A stretch of DNA of 64,000 nt from NCBI GenBank assembly GCA_951406725.2, contig OX597816.1:28892001-28956000 (forward strand), written 5' to 3'. Positions 27,584 through 41,459 of the stretch are shown here, in pieces (positions within the stretch are counted from its first letter, which is position 1; every line of letters begins with the position of its first letter). The position numbers and the translations under genes were made by a program. This DNA is from Octopus vulgaris. Lineage: Eukaryota. The notes under the pieces are model-generated. The model had not been told where the DNA came from. It worked only from the letters and a program-made list of their open reading frames with translations, and did not search any database.

Positions 27584-29124
27584 TCACACACACACTCCTT
27601 TTCAGACACGCATTAACATTCATTCTTAAGTACATAATTCATTTTCATTTTTTCTTTATCCTTGACGAAATGTCATGACTCATCCTCCAAGCGAAGGCGT
27701 CTTTGGAAATTGCAACATCTGCATAAGATATATCAAGATAAATAAAACAAACACCTATAATCCACATTCTATCTGTAATATTGATATGTTACTTATCGGT
27801 GATTACTAAGCAACTGTACTGAAATTTAGGTATCATACCTTTTATCAATTACATTCTCGTATATATGTATATATTTAAGCATATGTGCGTCAATGAATGC
27901 GTATTCATATTGTCTTAAGGATGTAAACATATATTTTACTTCATGTTATAAATATATGTATGTATTATGTATATACATATATATCTCTTCCCCGTACACA
28001 TACTGTAGTTTTCTACTAATTAGGTGATTTCTTTCGGGGCCACAGTATTTGACTGAGCCAATTTGCTCATTGAGTCTGACTTTCGATAATCCTTTCGAAT
28101 AAACATACATATATTAGCAATACGGTGCCCTTATAGATATTACCAATATGGTGCCCGATAGATATTACCAATATAGTGCCCGATAGATATTACCAATACT
28201 GTGCCCTTAAAGATATTACGAATATGGTGCCCGATAGATATTCTTTTTGGAACGCTTTCTTCTATAACTATGCCGATTCATCTAGCCTAAATCAGCAAGT
28301 GTTTTATTTCACTAATTTTAAGTAAGAGAAAATATCTTTTAACTACCAACGTAGTGACAATACGATCGCATTAAAACCAAGTATACCTTATCCCACGTGG
28401 AATTCCTCTTGCACTATCCTGACTGTATTGATATCAATAGCCATGTATACAATACCGATGCACCAGTACGCCATTTAAGAAGACGTTAGAACAATTCAAA
28501 CTAAAATCTATTTCGGTGCCATGAAAACGGTCGTGATCGAAGCTGATTTCGAAGTAAACCCCTTTAGGTAAAACAACGTCGACATTAAGCATCTTACTTT
28601 AAAGAGATGGCTCCCGTTCCTGACAATAATCAATCTACTCAAACATAGATAAATGGACAAAATCTTTCATAAGAGAGATCTGGAATAATGTAAACAAACC
28701 ACTGCTGCCATCACTGAATTCTCGTATCTCACAAAGAGACAATTGTGGTATGCTTTTAGCTGAGACGTTTCTCAAAACCACAGTTCGTAAAAAGGCTAAC
28801 TTGTTTTCAAAACTATTTTCGAGCGAGAGACTTTTCTGAACAAGATTATGGAAAAATCCAACTGGTCTTATATTGAGAGTGTGATGTGGTGGGAGAGTAC
28901 ATGGAGCCATATCATGTTAATTACGGGAATATTAATAATCACCTATACATAAATACGTAAAGAACGCATAGTAGAAATCTCATATTAAACGCAAAGAAAT
29001 TACTAAACGGAAGCAGCCTAGATAAAAAGCAAAATTTGACGAAAATATTAATAATCTGTGCCGCTATTAGCATGTTTACTACTATAATAATAACGCATTC
29101 ACACCTCATCAATTATATCTTATG

Positions 29125-29414
29125 TGGAGGCACATGGCCTAGTGGTTAGAGCTGCGGACTCGCGGTCGAAGGAGAGCGGGTTCGAATCTCAGACCGGGCG
29201 ATGTGTGTGTTTATGAGCGAAACACCTAAGCTCCGGTAGAAGGTAATGGCGAATTTGTGTTGACTCTTTCGCCACAGCTTTCTCTCACTCTTTCCTCCTG
29301 TATCTTGCAGCTCACCTGCGATGGACCGGCGTCCCGTCCAGGTGGGGAACCTATACGCCAAGGAAACCGGGAAATCGGCCCTTATGAGCCAGGCATGGCT
29401 CGAGAAGGAACAAA
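29125..29414 (+). mobile_element. SINE family C (duplicate of 16943-17233)
   Basis: Sequence identity, same TSD. Confidence 0.9.
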
Positions 29415-30177
29415 CTATTATATCTTATGCAGAAATAAACACATTTATAAGAGATACTTCAACATGGAAAATTAGGACCCCGAGGAAAACTTTCACTACT
29501 ACAGGAGAATGTTCGAATAAGTCAATGTAAATCGCAAGTGTACTTCCAAAGCCCAGGCATTATACGGTGAGATGAGGAAGGAAAACAATACTGACTAGAA
29601 AGGCTCCCACTTAAGAAGACCCTGGTCAAAAATGTGGAATGAAAAACAGTAATTTCAAATTCAATGCATCCTTGGGAGAAAATGCCGTAACAATATCGAC
29701 AATAAAACATATAGAACTGACCCAGAAACATTCACTACAGCTGTAGGCGAACTACCTACTGGGATGGAACATGGATGAGACCAAGTTGGATAGTACAAGA
29801 GGCCGATATATTACAAAAACACATTATTATGCATATTCAAATAGAATATGGAAGATCAGATTGTATTACCAAATTCGCTTGCTACAATGAAGAATCTTGT
29901 GACCAAGAATGGAACCGCCGATATGACAGAAACGTATCGCTTGCCTAAACAAACCTGCTAACTGGTCACAAGCTGCATTAACCAATTCCTCTGGGGTTCT
30001 GCCGAACAACATTTTGATGCATCTCCAATGCAGTGACTATTTCAAAGGGAATATTCCCAAAAAGACTTTTTGTAATACTCTTCATTCTGGAAATATTTAT
30101 ATGATGACCTCCCGTACAAGCCCAAAACATTCGGACCAATATACCTTAAAGAAGACTATGATGAGGAAGTTGAACAC

Positions 30178-30677
<500 letters not shown>

Positions 30678-30689
30678 TTTATCTTTTAT

Positions 30690-31144
30690 ATTTTATCTTT
30701 TACTTCTCTCAGTCATTAAACTGAAGCTATGCTGGGGCCGCGCCTTATAGAACTTTTAATCGAATGAATCAATCCCAGTTCTGGTTTTCAAGCCTAGTAG
30801 TTATTATATCAATTTCTAATGCCGAACCGTTAATTTACGAGGACGTAATCAAACCAACGTCAATTTTCAAGTGGTGATGGTGGGAAAACACAGATACCCC
30901 CTACCCGACCCACGTACACTCATATATATATACGCACTCACATAAACAGACACGCACAAACACTGACTATTATAGATATGACGAACTTCTTTCAGTTTCC
31001 GTCGACCAAATCAACTCAAATCAAATCAAAGCTCGGCTCGAGACTATACTAGAAGACACTTGTCCAAGGTGTCAAGCAGTAGTATTTAACTTGAAACCAT
31101 GTAGTTTCGAAGCAAACTTGTTAGCACACAACCACGTAAGCGCC
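30690..31144 (-). mobile_element. Older diverged SINE family A copy
   Basis: Colinear degenerate match (cttctttcagtttccgtc, gaagacacttgtccaaggtg). Confidence 0.75.
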
Positions 31145-32469
31145 TACAAAAAACAAGACACTATGCATAATTATGTTTCCAGAAAACTTGAAGAGAACAT
31201 AGTACCGACATGAAATGTAACCTCGCTTGGTCTCGTGACCGCTACATTGCATCACACGTTGAAGGTTAAACAATTGTAGTCTATGTACAGGATGTTTGTT
31301 TACCTAGTAAACAAAAGTACCAGTGAAGCTCTTGGGTACGAAGATAAAACAGAAAGCGTAGATTTAGTAAAACAATAGATTAAGTTAAAGCATGAGAAAA
31401 AACTGAACAGCCATACTGATGTGGCGATTAAATTTACTTGTTAGTATAGTCACTGCTATGATCTCTTACTGAGATTTTACAACAAACTATTTTGCTTGTT
31501 GCACATCAGTGACCGATGGTGGATTTGTTTTCTATATATTGCTTGCTGGAGAGAACTCTGGCAACCTCTCTAGCGACCGGGTGTTCGCGACTGAGGATGA
31601 TTAAATCTAGCTCAGAAGCGAGTCGGTCTCGCGATGCTGTCTTCTACTGGAAAGTGATTGAGGTTCGCTCCCCTGTTTGCAAGATATACAGGGTGCACGG
31701 TGCACCTATAACCAGCTGGTGGAATATCTGCCGCGAGTCAAAACAGTAATAACACTACATATATATGCATCAAATTCTCTGAAAATTTCGAGGTTTCGAT
31801 TATTGTTGCTTAGAAATAGATGCTTTCTCGGGTGACACTTTCAACTAAAACTCAGTCTTATATAAACCGTATGACAAAATACAAAATAATGAAAATCTGT
31901 AATACATACTTAAAAAAATTAAACAATCAACACACAATTATAAAGGGCACTTAACATATTATTTCTAAAATTGCAGCTAAGAAAGATATTTTTTTTACTG
32001 TCACATTAAGAACTATATTCTAGCTCTATCTAGAGCTGGATATAAAGATAAAATAGATTGTATTAATAATCAGTTAAACGATAAACAGCAACTAGGGACT
32101 ACAAATAAAAAATCACTTGATGTATTAAAAAATAATTCCATTAACAAGAATGGGAAATCAATAATTCGTCATGTATCCACTCAAATACTTTTTTCTATTC
32201 TTTCAACTATTAGAAAAACAGTTCGCGCCTAATAAGAAATATTAGAAAGTGTTTAAGAAACAACCCATTTCATAATTTTATCTTCTTTAACTTATAAAAA
32301 ATCGTCATAATATCAATTATCAATAGAATTTCTAATCGTAATAATATTACTATTGATACTATTCCTATAACTGGTGTTACTACCGGTATTACTAAGCCTT
32401 GGTAATATATTTTCCATAATATCTATGACGATAATTACAACAATAATATTAGCTACTTTAATAATCGAC

Positions 32470-32470
32470 T

Positions 32471-32540
<70 letters not shown>

Positions 32541-32569
32541 ATTGCTGCTGCGACTTCCGCTTTTATTAA

Positions 32570-32640
<71 letters not shown>

Positions 32641-32752
32641 TCACTTCCGCTTTTATTACTACCACCACCACCACCACCACCACTACTACTACAACTACGA
32701 CGACGACGACTACTGCAAGTTTTACTACTACTACTACTACTACTACTACTAC
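32470..32752. repeat. Compound trinucleotide microsatellite (CTA)n(CTG)n(CCA)n(CGA)n
   Basis: Direct reading; internal duplication of the (CTA)n(CTG)n-acttccgcttttatta unit. Source of the poly-S/L/V ORFs. Confidence 0.95.
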
Positions 32753-33119
32753 CTTTGGACTTTATAATAATAATAATTAACATAATAATCATTAAAAGTA
32801 GATGGAATAATAATTCGAACAGCAATAACAATATAAGACCAAAGAAATTATGCAGCTGCTGAATAAAGACGTCTCGTTTTGAAATAATGTCTTTTGGCAA
32901 AAATAATTTGCAAATAATCCGTCCATACGCACCAAAATACAGACTAATATATAGGAGCCACATCTACAAAATTTAAACAAGGCTACTACAAACACATTTT
33001 TTTCTTTTAAACGTAAAGTAAATGTTACAATACATTCCTATCCAATCTTATTTCGGACTTAAACATAAAAATAAAAATATATTATAACATAAACATAAAA
33101 ATATATTCACTAGTCGCCA

Positions 33120-33312
33120 TGATAGATCGTTAGCCACTACACACATTTTTTCTCTCCTTGTTTCTCTCCTTGTTTTCTGTGTCCCTTTCTGTAGAAGAGC
33201 GTAGTCTCGAAACGTAAAAGAATTTTTCTATTCCTGAGCGTTATACTAATACATCTGTTTGTTTTGTACACCAACTGCCTTCGTCTTTTGTTTTTTTCGT
33301 AAACTCTCCCAA
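33120..33312 (+). mobile_element. Short pyrimidine-rich repeat carrying a degenerate hammerhead motif (33184-33220)
   Basis: cttt-CUGUAGA-a-gag(cgtagt)ctc-GAAACGUA-aaag; 3' part resembles 55085-55230 and 55610-55885. Confidence 0.55.
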
Positions 33313-33317
33313 CATAA

Positions 33318-33425
33318 ATATACAGTATGTTGGTTAGTTATTAGAAAATCTACACCCTATAAAGCCGGTAATAAATTTTGTATTTCATGTTTAATAGAAA
33401 GTTTAGGGACATTAGACTGTAAAAA
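33318..33425 (+). mobile_element. Remnant of a Penelope-like element endonuclease C-terminal region
   Basis: YTVCWLVIRKSTPYKAGNKFCISCLIESLGTL fits the W.I.....Y......CxxCLxE motif of invertebrate PLE-type GIY-YIG ORF ends, recalled from memory. Confidence 0.55.
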
Positions 33426-33506
33426 AACAAGAGGCAGTACCACAGCATATGACCATATAAAAACGCATACGCTATGCATTTGTGACCGACAATGTTTATA
33501 TAAATA

Positions 33507-33679
33507 GGCGTAGGAGTGGCTGCGTGGTAAGTAGCTTGCTTACGAACCACATGGTTCCGGCTTCAGGCCCACTGCATGGCACCTTGGGCAAGTGTCTTCT
33601 ACTATAGCCTCGGGCCGACCCAAGCCTTGTGAGTGGATTTGGTAGACGCAAACTGAAAGAAGCCCGCCGTATATATGTA

Positions 33680-33715
<36 letters not shown>

Positions 33716-33908
33716 TGTATGTATGTGTGTGTATATGTTTGTGTGTCTGTGTTTGTCCCCCAACATCGCTTGACAACCTATGCTGGTGTGTTTGCGTCCC
33801 CGCAACTCAGCGGTTCGGCAAAAGAGAACGATAGAATAAGTACTAGGCTTACAAAAAGTAAGTCCTATGGTCGATTTTATCGACTAAAGGCGGTGCTCTA
33901 GCATGGCC
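33507..33908 (+). mobile_element. SINE family A, 3' tail missing
   Basis: Family A head and body; internal (TATG)n. Confidence 0.9.
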
Positions 33909-33974
33909 AGATATTGGTTAAATATCGATATCTATTATTCTGCATTGGAAGGTAGTTGTGTACTTTACCCTTTG

Positions 33975-34560
33975 ACCAGTAGATTTAGAAAATACTTTTT
34001 TGTAACCAAACACTTTCAAACTCCGTATACTAGTAGAATGTGTAATATAAAGCATTTTTACTCTTAGCGTTTTTGAGAAAAGTTTATATTTACGAAATTA
34101 CTTCGTTTTAAAGTTGTCGTATTTCGGTAATTTCAACCAATCAATGACGTGTATTCAGCTGAATAAACTTACTGCTGTTGTTTGTCAACAACAACTTCCG
34201 GCGGTGTATATTTCGTTTGTCGCTGTTATTTATGACATATTTCATCTCAGTTACGTTTGTATGAATAAACGAATGTATCTGAAGCATGTTTACTTCATGG
34301 CACCACCATAATCATTTGTGCATTTCTACGGCTTTTAGTTTTTTTCCTGTTTTTCAGCTACTATTTTCGGAAAGACTTTCTTGCACCCCTACCCGTACCC
34401 TTCAATTTGTTCATTTTTCATTTTTTTTTTCCGTAACTCTAACCCTAAAACACGAACCCTAACCCTAAAACCTTAACCCTAAACCTATTCTTATTGTTGT
34501 AGTTTGCCACTTAACCGGAAGTAAACACTGCTGTATTAGACCTAACGTATAGTACTTTGC
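33975..34560. mobile_element. Unclassified interspersed repeat with telomere-like (AACCCT)n cluster, possibly Helentron-like
   Basis: aaccctaa repeats at 34435-34485; classification and boundaries are inferred. Confidence 0.35.
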
Positions 34561-36240
34561 AGCAGTGACCTCCAATTTTATTTTCGAGTAGTGTTCAGCG
34601 AAGGGCGGAAATGTGTATTGCATCGTCCCCCATTCAAGCAAGTACTTATTTTTATGGGAGAGAAAAATGTAACTGCAATTTTCTAAGCTCCAACGCAGTA
34701 GATTTCTCGGCTTTTATTGATAACGCTTGCTGAAAGCTGAAATTGTTTGCGCTGTTGCTGTGACTGATGTAGTTTTGTTCTCAGGAATATAAAATCTCTA
34801 TTGAAGTTTTTCTATATTTCATAGACGTAATCAAATTTGAAAGAAAACGAAAATACAAATATACCGATAAAACACTTTATCTACAACGTAATATTAACTT
34901 TCAGATGGCGGGAATTTAAAGTAATGGGATACTCTATACGGTTCTGTAATGTCATAAACATCCTCATGCAAATCATTCTGTAGGTTTCTTACAACATATA
35001 TGTGAGCGTGTTTGTACGTGTTTGTGTATATATGCATCATGTGTGCAAATTTGTGCGTATGTGTAAACATAATATGTCTTTAATAATGGTGTATGCATTG
35101 CAAATATATTTGATATGCATTTACATTGTTATATAATGAAGTTTTCCCCAACGCGTTATCATGATTAATGGAGATAACCTATTGTGATGTCCCATGAATA
35201 TGGAAGATTAAAGGGATAAATAATCAATAAAGCTATAAAAAGTACAAAACACTCTTCCTCAATACTGACTATAACTTTTCTATAACGAACAACAAATGAG
35301 CAATAGGTTTTACAAGTTTGGGCCATTATATGTTTATATTTACCAGTACGATGCTGTGAATAGCGTCTATCTATTTTTAAAGATGCCTGTTTTAATATAA
35401 AAATTATTCAACCCACGCGTCGTTTCTTTTAGAACTGAAAGAGCAAAAGCTACAAATTTCTAATAACATAATTTTATGGAACTATTTTATTCTTGTAGCG
35501 TGACAGTTTCAAGTCTTCACCTATGTCATTTGGTTTCATACGTGGTACAAATAACTTTATGTACTGAAATATGTGGAAAAAGGCCTTAACGTTTTACGGT
35601 TAGGAAGTAACCTGTTGACATAATTAAAAGGGTAAACGAGTATTGATGAAAATTTAGATTATGAGACATTCCTTTATTTTCTTTTTTTTTTTTGCCTGGG
35701 TTGTGCTCACAGCCTTCGAAGTCTCCACCAAGATGGATTATGTCGAAAATGACTCAGCATCTTGTTTAACGGATTCTACACGGTAAATTTGATTACTATT
35801 TCTTTGAATGTAATTCTTTCTTTCTATTATGCTCCTCGTAAATGGATTACGCTTCATAACCTGCAATAATTGCCTACTCTAATAATACACTTATATATAT
35901 AGTTAATGAAAAAGAGGCGGGCGCATTCATAACTGTGTGGTTAATATTGGTTTTATCGTAGTGATTTTTGTGCTGCATCCCAGAATACCACATTATTAAA
36001 ACGTCAAATATTTTCTCCCATTTGGTCAAATCTTTCGATATTTTTTAAGAAAAATTAGATACCCAGATGAACCGTCCGTAGTAGACTTAATCTATAACAT
36101 TGTTGAAAACCTAGACATTGAGTATCTTTCCCAGTCCCACTCATTTCTAAGCTCAAGTCAAATGTAACTCATTTGTACTCTCTCTAGACAGGGAATTTTC
36201 TAAACTGTCCTTCAATTTTGTTCTTGGTCCTCTGATTAAA

Positions 36241-36431
36241 CCGCTGGTATTTCGTCTGCCGTTACGTCTTCAGTTCAAATTCCGCCGAGGTCGACTTTGC
36301 CTTTCATCCTTTCGGGGTCGATAAAATAAGTACCAGTTACGCACTGGGGTCGATGTAACCGACTTAATCCCTTTGTCTGTCCTTGTTTGTCCCCTCTATG
36401 TTTAGCCCCTTGTGGGCAATAAAGAAATAAA
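36241..36431 (+). mobile_element. SINE family B, 5'-truncated
   Basis: Core and tail match. Confidence 0.88.
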
Positions 36432-37356
36432 TATATAAAGTAAATACAAAAAGTAAATTTAAAATACTAACTTATTTATAATGAATATTCCTAGTTATCG
36501 AAAATGACTTGTATTTTTATTGCGAGGCAAACGCACAACTAAATTTAGAAATAGCTCATTTTTTTTGGCCTGACTCGCAACGACAGGTCACTGACCCCAA
36601 AAGTAAGTGTAAGCATCTGTATCCTCAACTACATCTTCAGAGCTGCTAAATATAGCAGCCAAATATTCATTAAATTTCATTTTACCGGATTGAAAATAGA
36701 CAATATCGGAGAATGTAACTTTAGATTTACAATGGTGTAGGCAGACACTAGACTACTAGGAAGTTTTATTTTCTTTTTTAAGTTAGAAAGAGATGCGTGC
36801 ACATCATACTCCTTCTCGTTCTTACAGCGGACATCCATTGGCTATATACATGTACAATCATTTTAGCTAGTATAAGTATACAGTATTTTATCACAGTGCC
36901 ACACAAGCTGGTTTATCTCTACAACGTAAACAGTACTCTGGATGTGTTCATTAAATCATGGTTTCTGACTTTGAATGAGGACACTTTACCAGCGTCTGCG
37001 CCAAGGAACTACTGCCGGAAAATTCCACCTTGTGAATATAGAGGATACTTAATTTCCCAGGCCTCATTTAAATGATGTGGAACACATCTTTCAACTTACA
37101 TACACTTACATAAACACACACATGCATAGGAATTGAATGTAAATATTTGCAATAAATATCAATATTCGTAATCGATTCGGCTGAATTAATGCCTCCTTAG
37201 ACAAACCTTGTTTTTCACAGTGTTGGATGAACCAAAGATAGTTTCTCTGTTAATCAGGAAATGTAGGGCAGCTTTTAATATCAGTATCGAAAAAAAAAAA
37301 AACAGTGCTATCGACAATTAAACAACTTTCTTTCTCTGCGGATTATTTATCTTAAT

Positions 37357-37690
37357 TCTTTTATCTTTTACTTGTTTCAGTCAATACATATCGCCCTGGT
37401 GAGTTTTAGTCGAACGAATCGACCTAAGTAATGAATTTTTGAAGAAGTTGTACTTATTTTACCGGTGTCTTTTTCCCGAAACTCTAACACTAAGTTACGG
37501 GGACTTAAACAAATCAAAACCAGTGGTGGGAGACAAGCACAGAAATATCAAAACACACACACTTATGTGTATATGCCCGGCTTTTTTCAGTTTTCGTTTA
37601 ACAAGTCAACTTATTAGGCTTTAGACGGTCGGCTTCGAGCTGTGATAAAAGACACTTCCCCAAGGTGGAACTCAGCGGGATTGAACTATT
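37357..37690 (-). mobile_element. Highly diverged SINE family A copy
   Basis: ttttacttgtttcagtca, taagttacgggga and aagacactt.cccaaggtg motifs in order. Confidence 0.7.
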
Positions 37691-38188
37691 AACCACTCAG
37701 CTGCGTCCGATTGGGTATGAAATTTAGGAAAGATTGAGATTCAGGGGACTCATAGAGATATTAATTCTAATGAATTATGTATATATTTTGCGCATAATGT
37801 ATGCAGTTAGTCAGCCATTCGTCTGTTTTCATTAACAGAAATGTTAACTATAAGGATAAACCATATGGATCTATTCTGCTACAGATGTGTATATTTTTCT
37901 AATTTCTATATTCCGCTTCTTCTATATCTCGTTGTCTCCTATTCGACAATACAAATCACTGCTACAAAAGTACATACATCTCCTTATATACATCCCTGTC
38001 TTCTACAAATATTGGGTTTTTACATGTAAATCTTCTAAGATAAGTTGACAAATTTAATAATCTGCCAACTCATCGAGCATGCTTATTTCTATATTTTTGT
38101 TTATGAGTCATATCTGCCCAATATAAGCCAAACAAACTTCGACGTAAGATAGGGATAGATAAAAGAAAATATTACAATTGTAGTTATA

Positions 38189-38612
38189 TTGGTTTGTCCG
38201 GAAAGTTCGTTCCGATTTTTAAAGGAAAGAAAAAGGTCAATAAATACTTGCCATTACATTTTTAATCAACAAAATGTGAACCATTTTGTTGCACACTGCG
38301 TCTCCATGTTTCCTTTAACTTGAAAATACCCTCTTCCCAGGGTGGGGTAACACATCCTAGCCGAGCTGCAGCAATTTTTGCCTGGTTTCTAAACCATCAA
38401 GTACCGAAAATGAACATTCTTATCCTCCATTTTAAAGGGTTACAGAATTAACACAGGTTATAGGAACATAAAACTTCTTCTACGAAAAGATAGCTTAAAC
38501 TGTGCTCTAAATGGAGGTATAGTCAAATCCTATTTTATGGACTGAACCATGTTCTAAAATAAGTCGAAAAGTAAGCTAATATAAATCGGCACGAACTTTC
38601 CGGACAACCCAA
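38189..38612 (-). mobile_element. Internally deleted mariner element
   Basis: ~30-bp TIRs ttgg(g/t)ttgtccggaaagttcgt(g/t)ccgattt with TA flanks; minus strand keeps MEDKNVHFRYLM (N-terminus) and WEEGIFKLKETWRRSVQQNGSHFVD* (C-terminus). Confidence 0.92.
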
Positions 38613-38696
38613 TAGTTTTAATGAAAATGAAAATCTTCCATAATTTTTGTTCTGAACACGCGTTTAATTTATCTATTTGGTGTAATATAATTGTTT

Positions 38697-38892
38697 CTAA
38701 TTTTGGCACTAAGCTAGAAAATTCGGTGTAAGATGTAATTCGTTTGTATCGACCCCAATTTTCAACAGCTACTTATCTTATTTACCCCTAAATAATGAAA
38801 TGCAAATTTGTCCCCCGCGAAATTTGAACTCAGAACTCAGAACTCAGAACGACGGAAGAATTGCCGCTAAGGATTTTGCCAGTTCACCGCCT
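38697..38892 (-). mobile_element. Diverged SINE family B copy
   Basis: aatttgaactcagaac, ttttgccagttcaccgcc. Confidence 0.7.
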
Positions 38893-39161
38893 TATTTGGT
38901 GTCCTAAGGTGACAAGTAGTGGGGTTGATTTAATCGGCTTATCCTCTCACCCGAAATTCGTGACCTGAGTTAAAATTCCACCGAAATCAATTTTGTCTCT
39001 TGTCCATTAGGATAAAATAAGAGCAATTTCAGGGTTTAAAATCACCGAAATTGCTGGCCTAGTGTTAACATTAAAATCAATACCTTACGAGTGTTAATTT
39101 TATCCCGTCGACGTAACAGTGTAACATTCAAAACACTAGCATTAATTATGATATGTATATA

Positions 39162-39361
39162 GGCGCAGGAGTGGCTGAATGGTGAGAAGCTTGCTTATCA
39201 ACCACATCGTTCTGGGTTCAGTCCCACAGCGTGGCATCTTGTGCAAGTGTCTTCTACTATAGCCTCGGGCCGACCCGAGACTTGTGAGTGGATTTGATAG
39301 ATGAAAACTGAAAGAAGCTCGTCGTATATGCATATATATATATATGTGTGTGTGTGTGTGC

Positions 39362-39423
<62 letters not shown>

Positions 39424-39627
39424 ATGTATTTGTGTGTCTGCGTTTGGTCCCTCACAATCACTTGATAACCGATGTTGGTGTGTTTACGTCCCCGTTATTT
39501 AGCGATTCGGCCAAAGAGACTGATAGAATAAGTACTAGGCTTATAAAGAATAAGTGCTGGGGTCGATTTGTTCGACTTAAAAGCGGTGCTCCAGCATGAC
39601 TGAAACCAGTAAAAGAATAAAAGAATA
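39162..39627 (+). mobile_element. SINE family A
   Basis: Head to tail match. Confidence 0.9.
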
Positions 39628-39800
39628 TGTACCTCAATGTATACAATCTTGCATATACTCCAACGTTCTCACCAAATTTTGTTTATGTTGTTTTTTGGTC
39701 CCAACTAGCCTTGATGGAGTACAATAGATCACAAAGCAAGTTCAAACAAATTCCTCGACTTAATATAGAAATATGCAATAATATAAAGTGCGTTTTGTTT

Positions 39801-40024
39801 TTATATTCCTACAATGGCTGATATAAGCGAATATGTTGCTTGATATATCTTGTAGTTTTGATAAAAAAAAGGAAGGGGTCTACATAGCTTCGAAGTTTTT
39901 AAAAAGCTAGGTAAAGTAGATATTCGTAAAATGGGAAAAATAACATTTGCAGTTGCGTCGTTTACACCATTATCACCACCTGCATTTTTAAATAGTTCTA
40001 TCGTAGTCATTCCGGTTAAATTTC
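39801..40024 (-). pseudogene. Possible terminal coding exon of an unidentified (decayed?) gene
   Basis: Acceptor tgtttcag|G at 40025/40024, phase 1, open to the stop at 39801 (GNLTGMTTIELFKNAGGDNGVND...). No recognisable homology. Confidence 0.3.
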
Positions 40025-40424
40025 CTGAAACATCAAATCAAATATGATGACTTTTGACTTACAAAGTTACATTCATAATACGTATATTTCACTGCGATGC
40101 GATTCCAGAGAGATAGTAAAATATACTATCGCAGAATATATCCAGCCAGACTTTTGAAATTTAACTAGCATGATTAATTGCATTATTTCGTGGAAATATT
40201 ACAATTACTAGCGGTACATCAGCATGGCAAGAGTTTTAGGGCTCAAACTTATAAAATAATAAATTCAGAATAATTCAGCTGCTAATTCACATACGCATAT
40301 TACAAATAACCATGCTCAATCCTTCCTCTCTAGAACACACACTCAAAACAACTTACTTTTGAAAACAGAAATAATATATTTCTAAATTTCTCAGAGAGAT
40401 TTATGCAGTAGCATCACGATAAAG

Positions 40425-40744
40425 TGATAGTATGTTGTCAACTTAATGTGACAGTCGCATAAAAGGGAGGAATGCTACTGTTATAGCCCTAGGAAACACC
40501 GTTTCCTGATGGTCTTGACACATTTCCTGTGTCCTTATGGTGGCTTCTCACCAACGTTCCCACCAACTTCCTGTGTCCTGGATGCTGGCTTTGCTAGGTG
40601 GAGGTGCTTATCACCACTTTGAAAACATATAAGGACACAGAAAACGTGTCAAGTCCAACAGGAAACGGTGTTTCCTAGGGCTAAAAAACTGTAGCGCTCT
40701 TCCATTTTATGGGACTGTTACATTAAGTTGACAACATTCTATCA
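40425..40744. mobile_element. Foldback/MITE with ~110-bp imperfect terminal inverted repeats
   Basis: 40425-40538 is the reverse complement of ~40628-40744 (e.g. agccctaggaaacaccgtttcctg / caggaaacggtgtttcctagggct). Confidence 0.85.
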
Positions 40745-41057
40745 ACTTCCTTTTGTTATTCATCTTCATCATCCCTATTCTTCTCCTCATCATCATTATC
40801 CTCCTCGCCCTCACCTTCTTTTCACACAACATTATCTCAGCAGCAGAAGTACACACTCCGTCAATATTATGAACCATCCTCCAACCCTCCTCCTTCGCTA
40901 CCACCTTTTCATCGTTCTGGTATAATATGTTGCCAAGAACGATAATGCTCTAGTCTATTCTATGCAGTATTATTTCAATGCAATTTGTGCAGTACTATAT
41001 CAGTTGACTTTATTCGGCTTGATTTGATCTCTGCTTTAAAGGTATAAAAATACTCAC

Positions 41058-41102
41058 CTAGAGATTGTGACCGAGGTGTTTTTATTGATGTTCTTGTCGT
41101 TA
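41058..41102 (-). pseudogene. Possible 45-nt phase 1-1 exon (TTRTSIKTPRSQSL)
   Basis: ttaacag| acceptor after a T-rich tract, consensus ag|gtgagt donor; in frame with the 40024 exon. Confidence 0.3.
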
Positions 41103-41232
41103 CTGTTAATCCAAAATAAAATTTGAATGAAACAGAAATGTAAGTAATGACAATACAAGCACTACTGTTATGATTTATTTTCTGCATAGTTTATGTAACT
41201 GTCTATATATATTAGGCCTTTGGTATCTTTAA

Positions 41233-41459
41233 GGCGGCGAGCTGGCAGAGACGTTAGCACGCCGGGCGAAATGATTAGTGGTAGTTCGTCAATCTTTACG
41301 TTCTGAGTTCAAATTTTGCCGAGGTTGACTTTGCCTTTCATCCTTCTGGGGTCGATAAATTAAGTACCAGTTGCGTAATGGGGTAGATGTAATCGACTTA
41401 ATCCGTTTGTCTGTCCTTCTTTGTCTCATCTATGTTTAGCCCCCTTTGGGCAATAAAAA
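41233..41459 (+). mobile_element. SINE family B, full length
   Basis: Head ggcggcgagctggcag to tail. Confidence 0.9.

Larger units (their letters stand above)
17358..29438. repeat. Copy 2 of ~12.1 kb tandem duplication (contains duplicates of all copy 1 features)
   Basis: Differs from copy 1 only by microsatellite lengths, scattered SNPs and small indels. Confidence 0.97.

Noticed and set aside
29440-30175. Possible decayed retroelement ORF
   Set aside because: Purine-rich, but no motif I can identify with confidence.
32313-32963. 216-aa Ser-rich and 162-aa Leu-rich ORFs
   Set aside because: Read-through of trinucleotide microsatellites.
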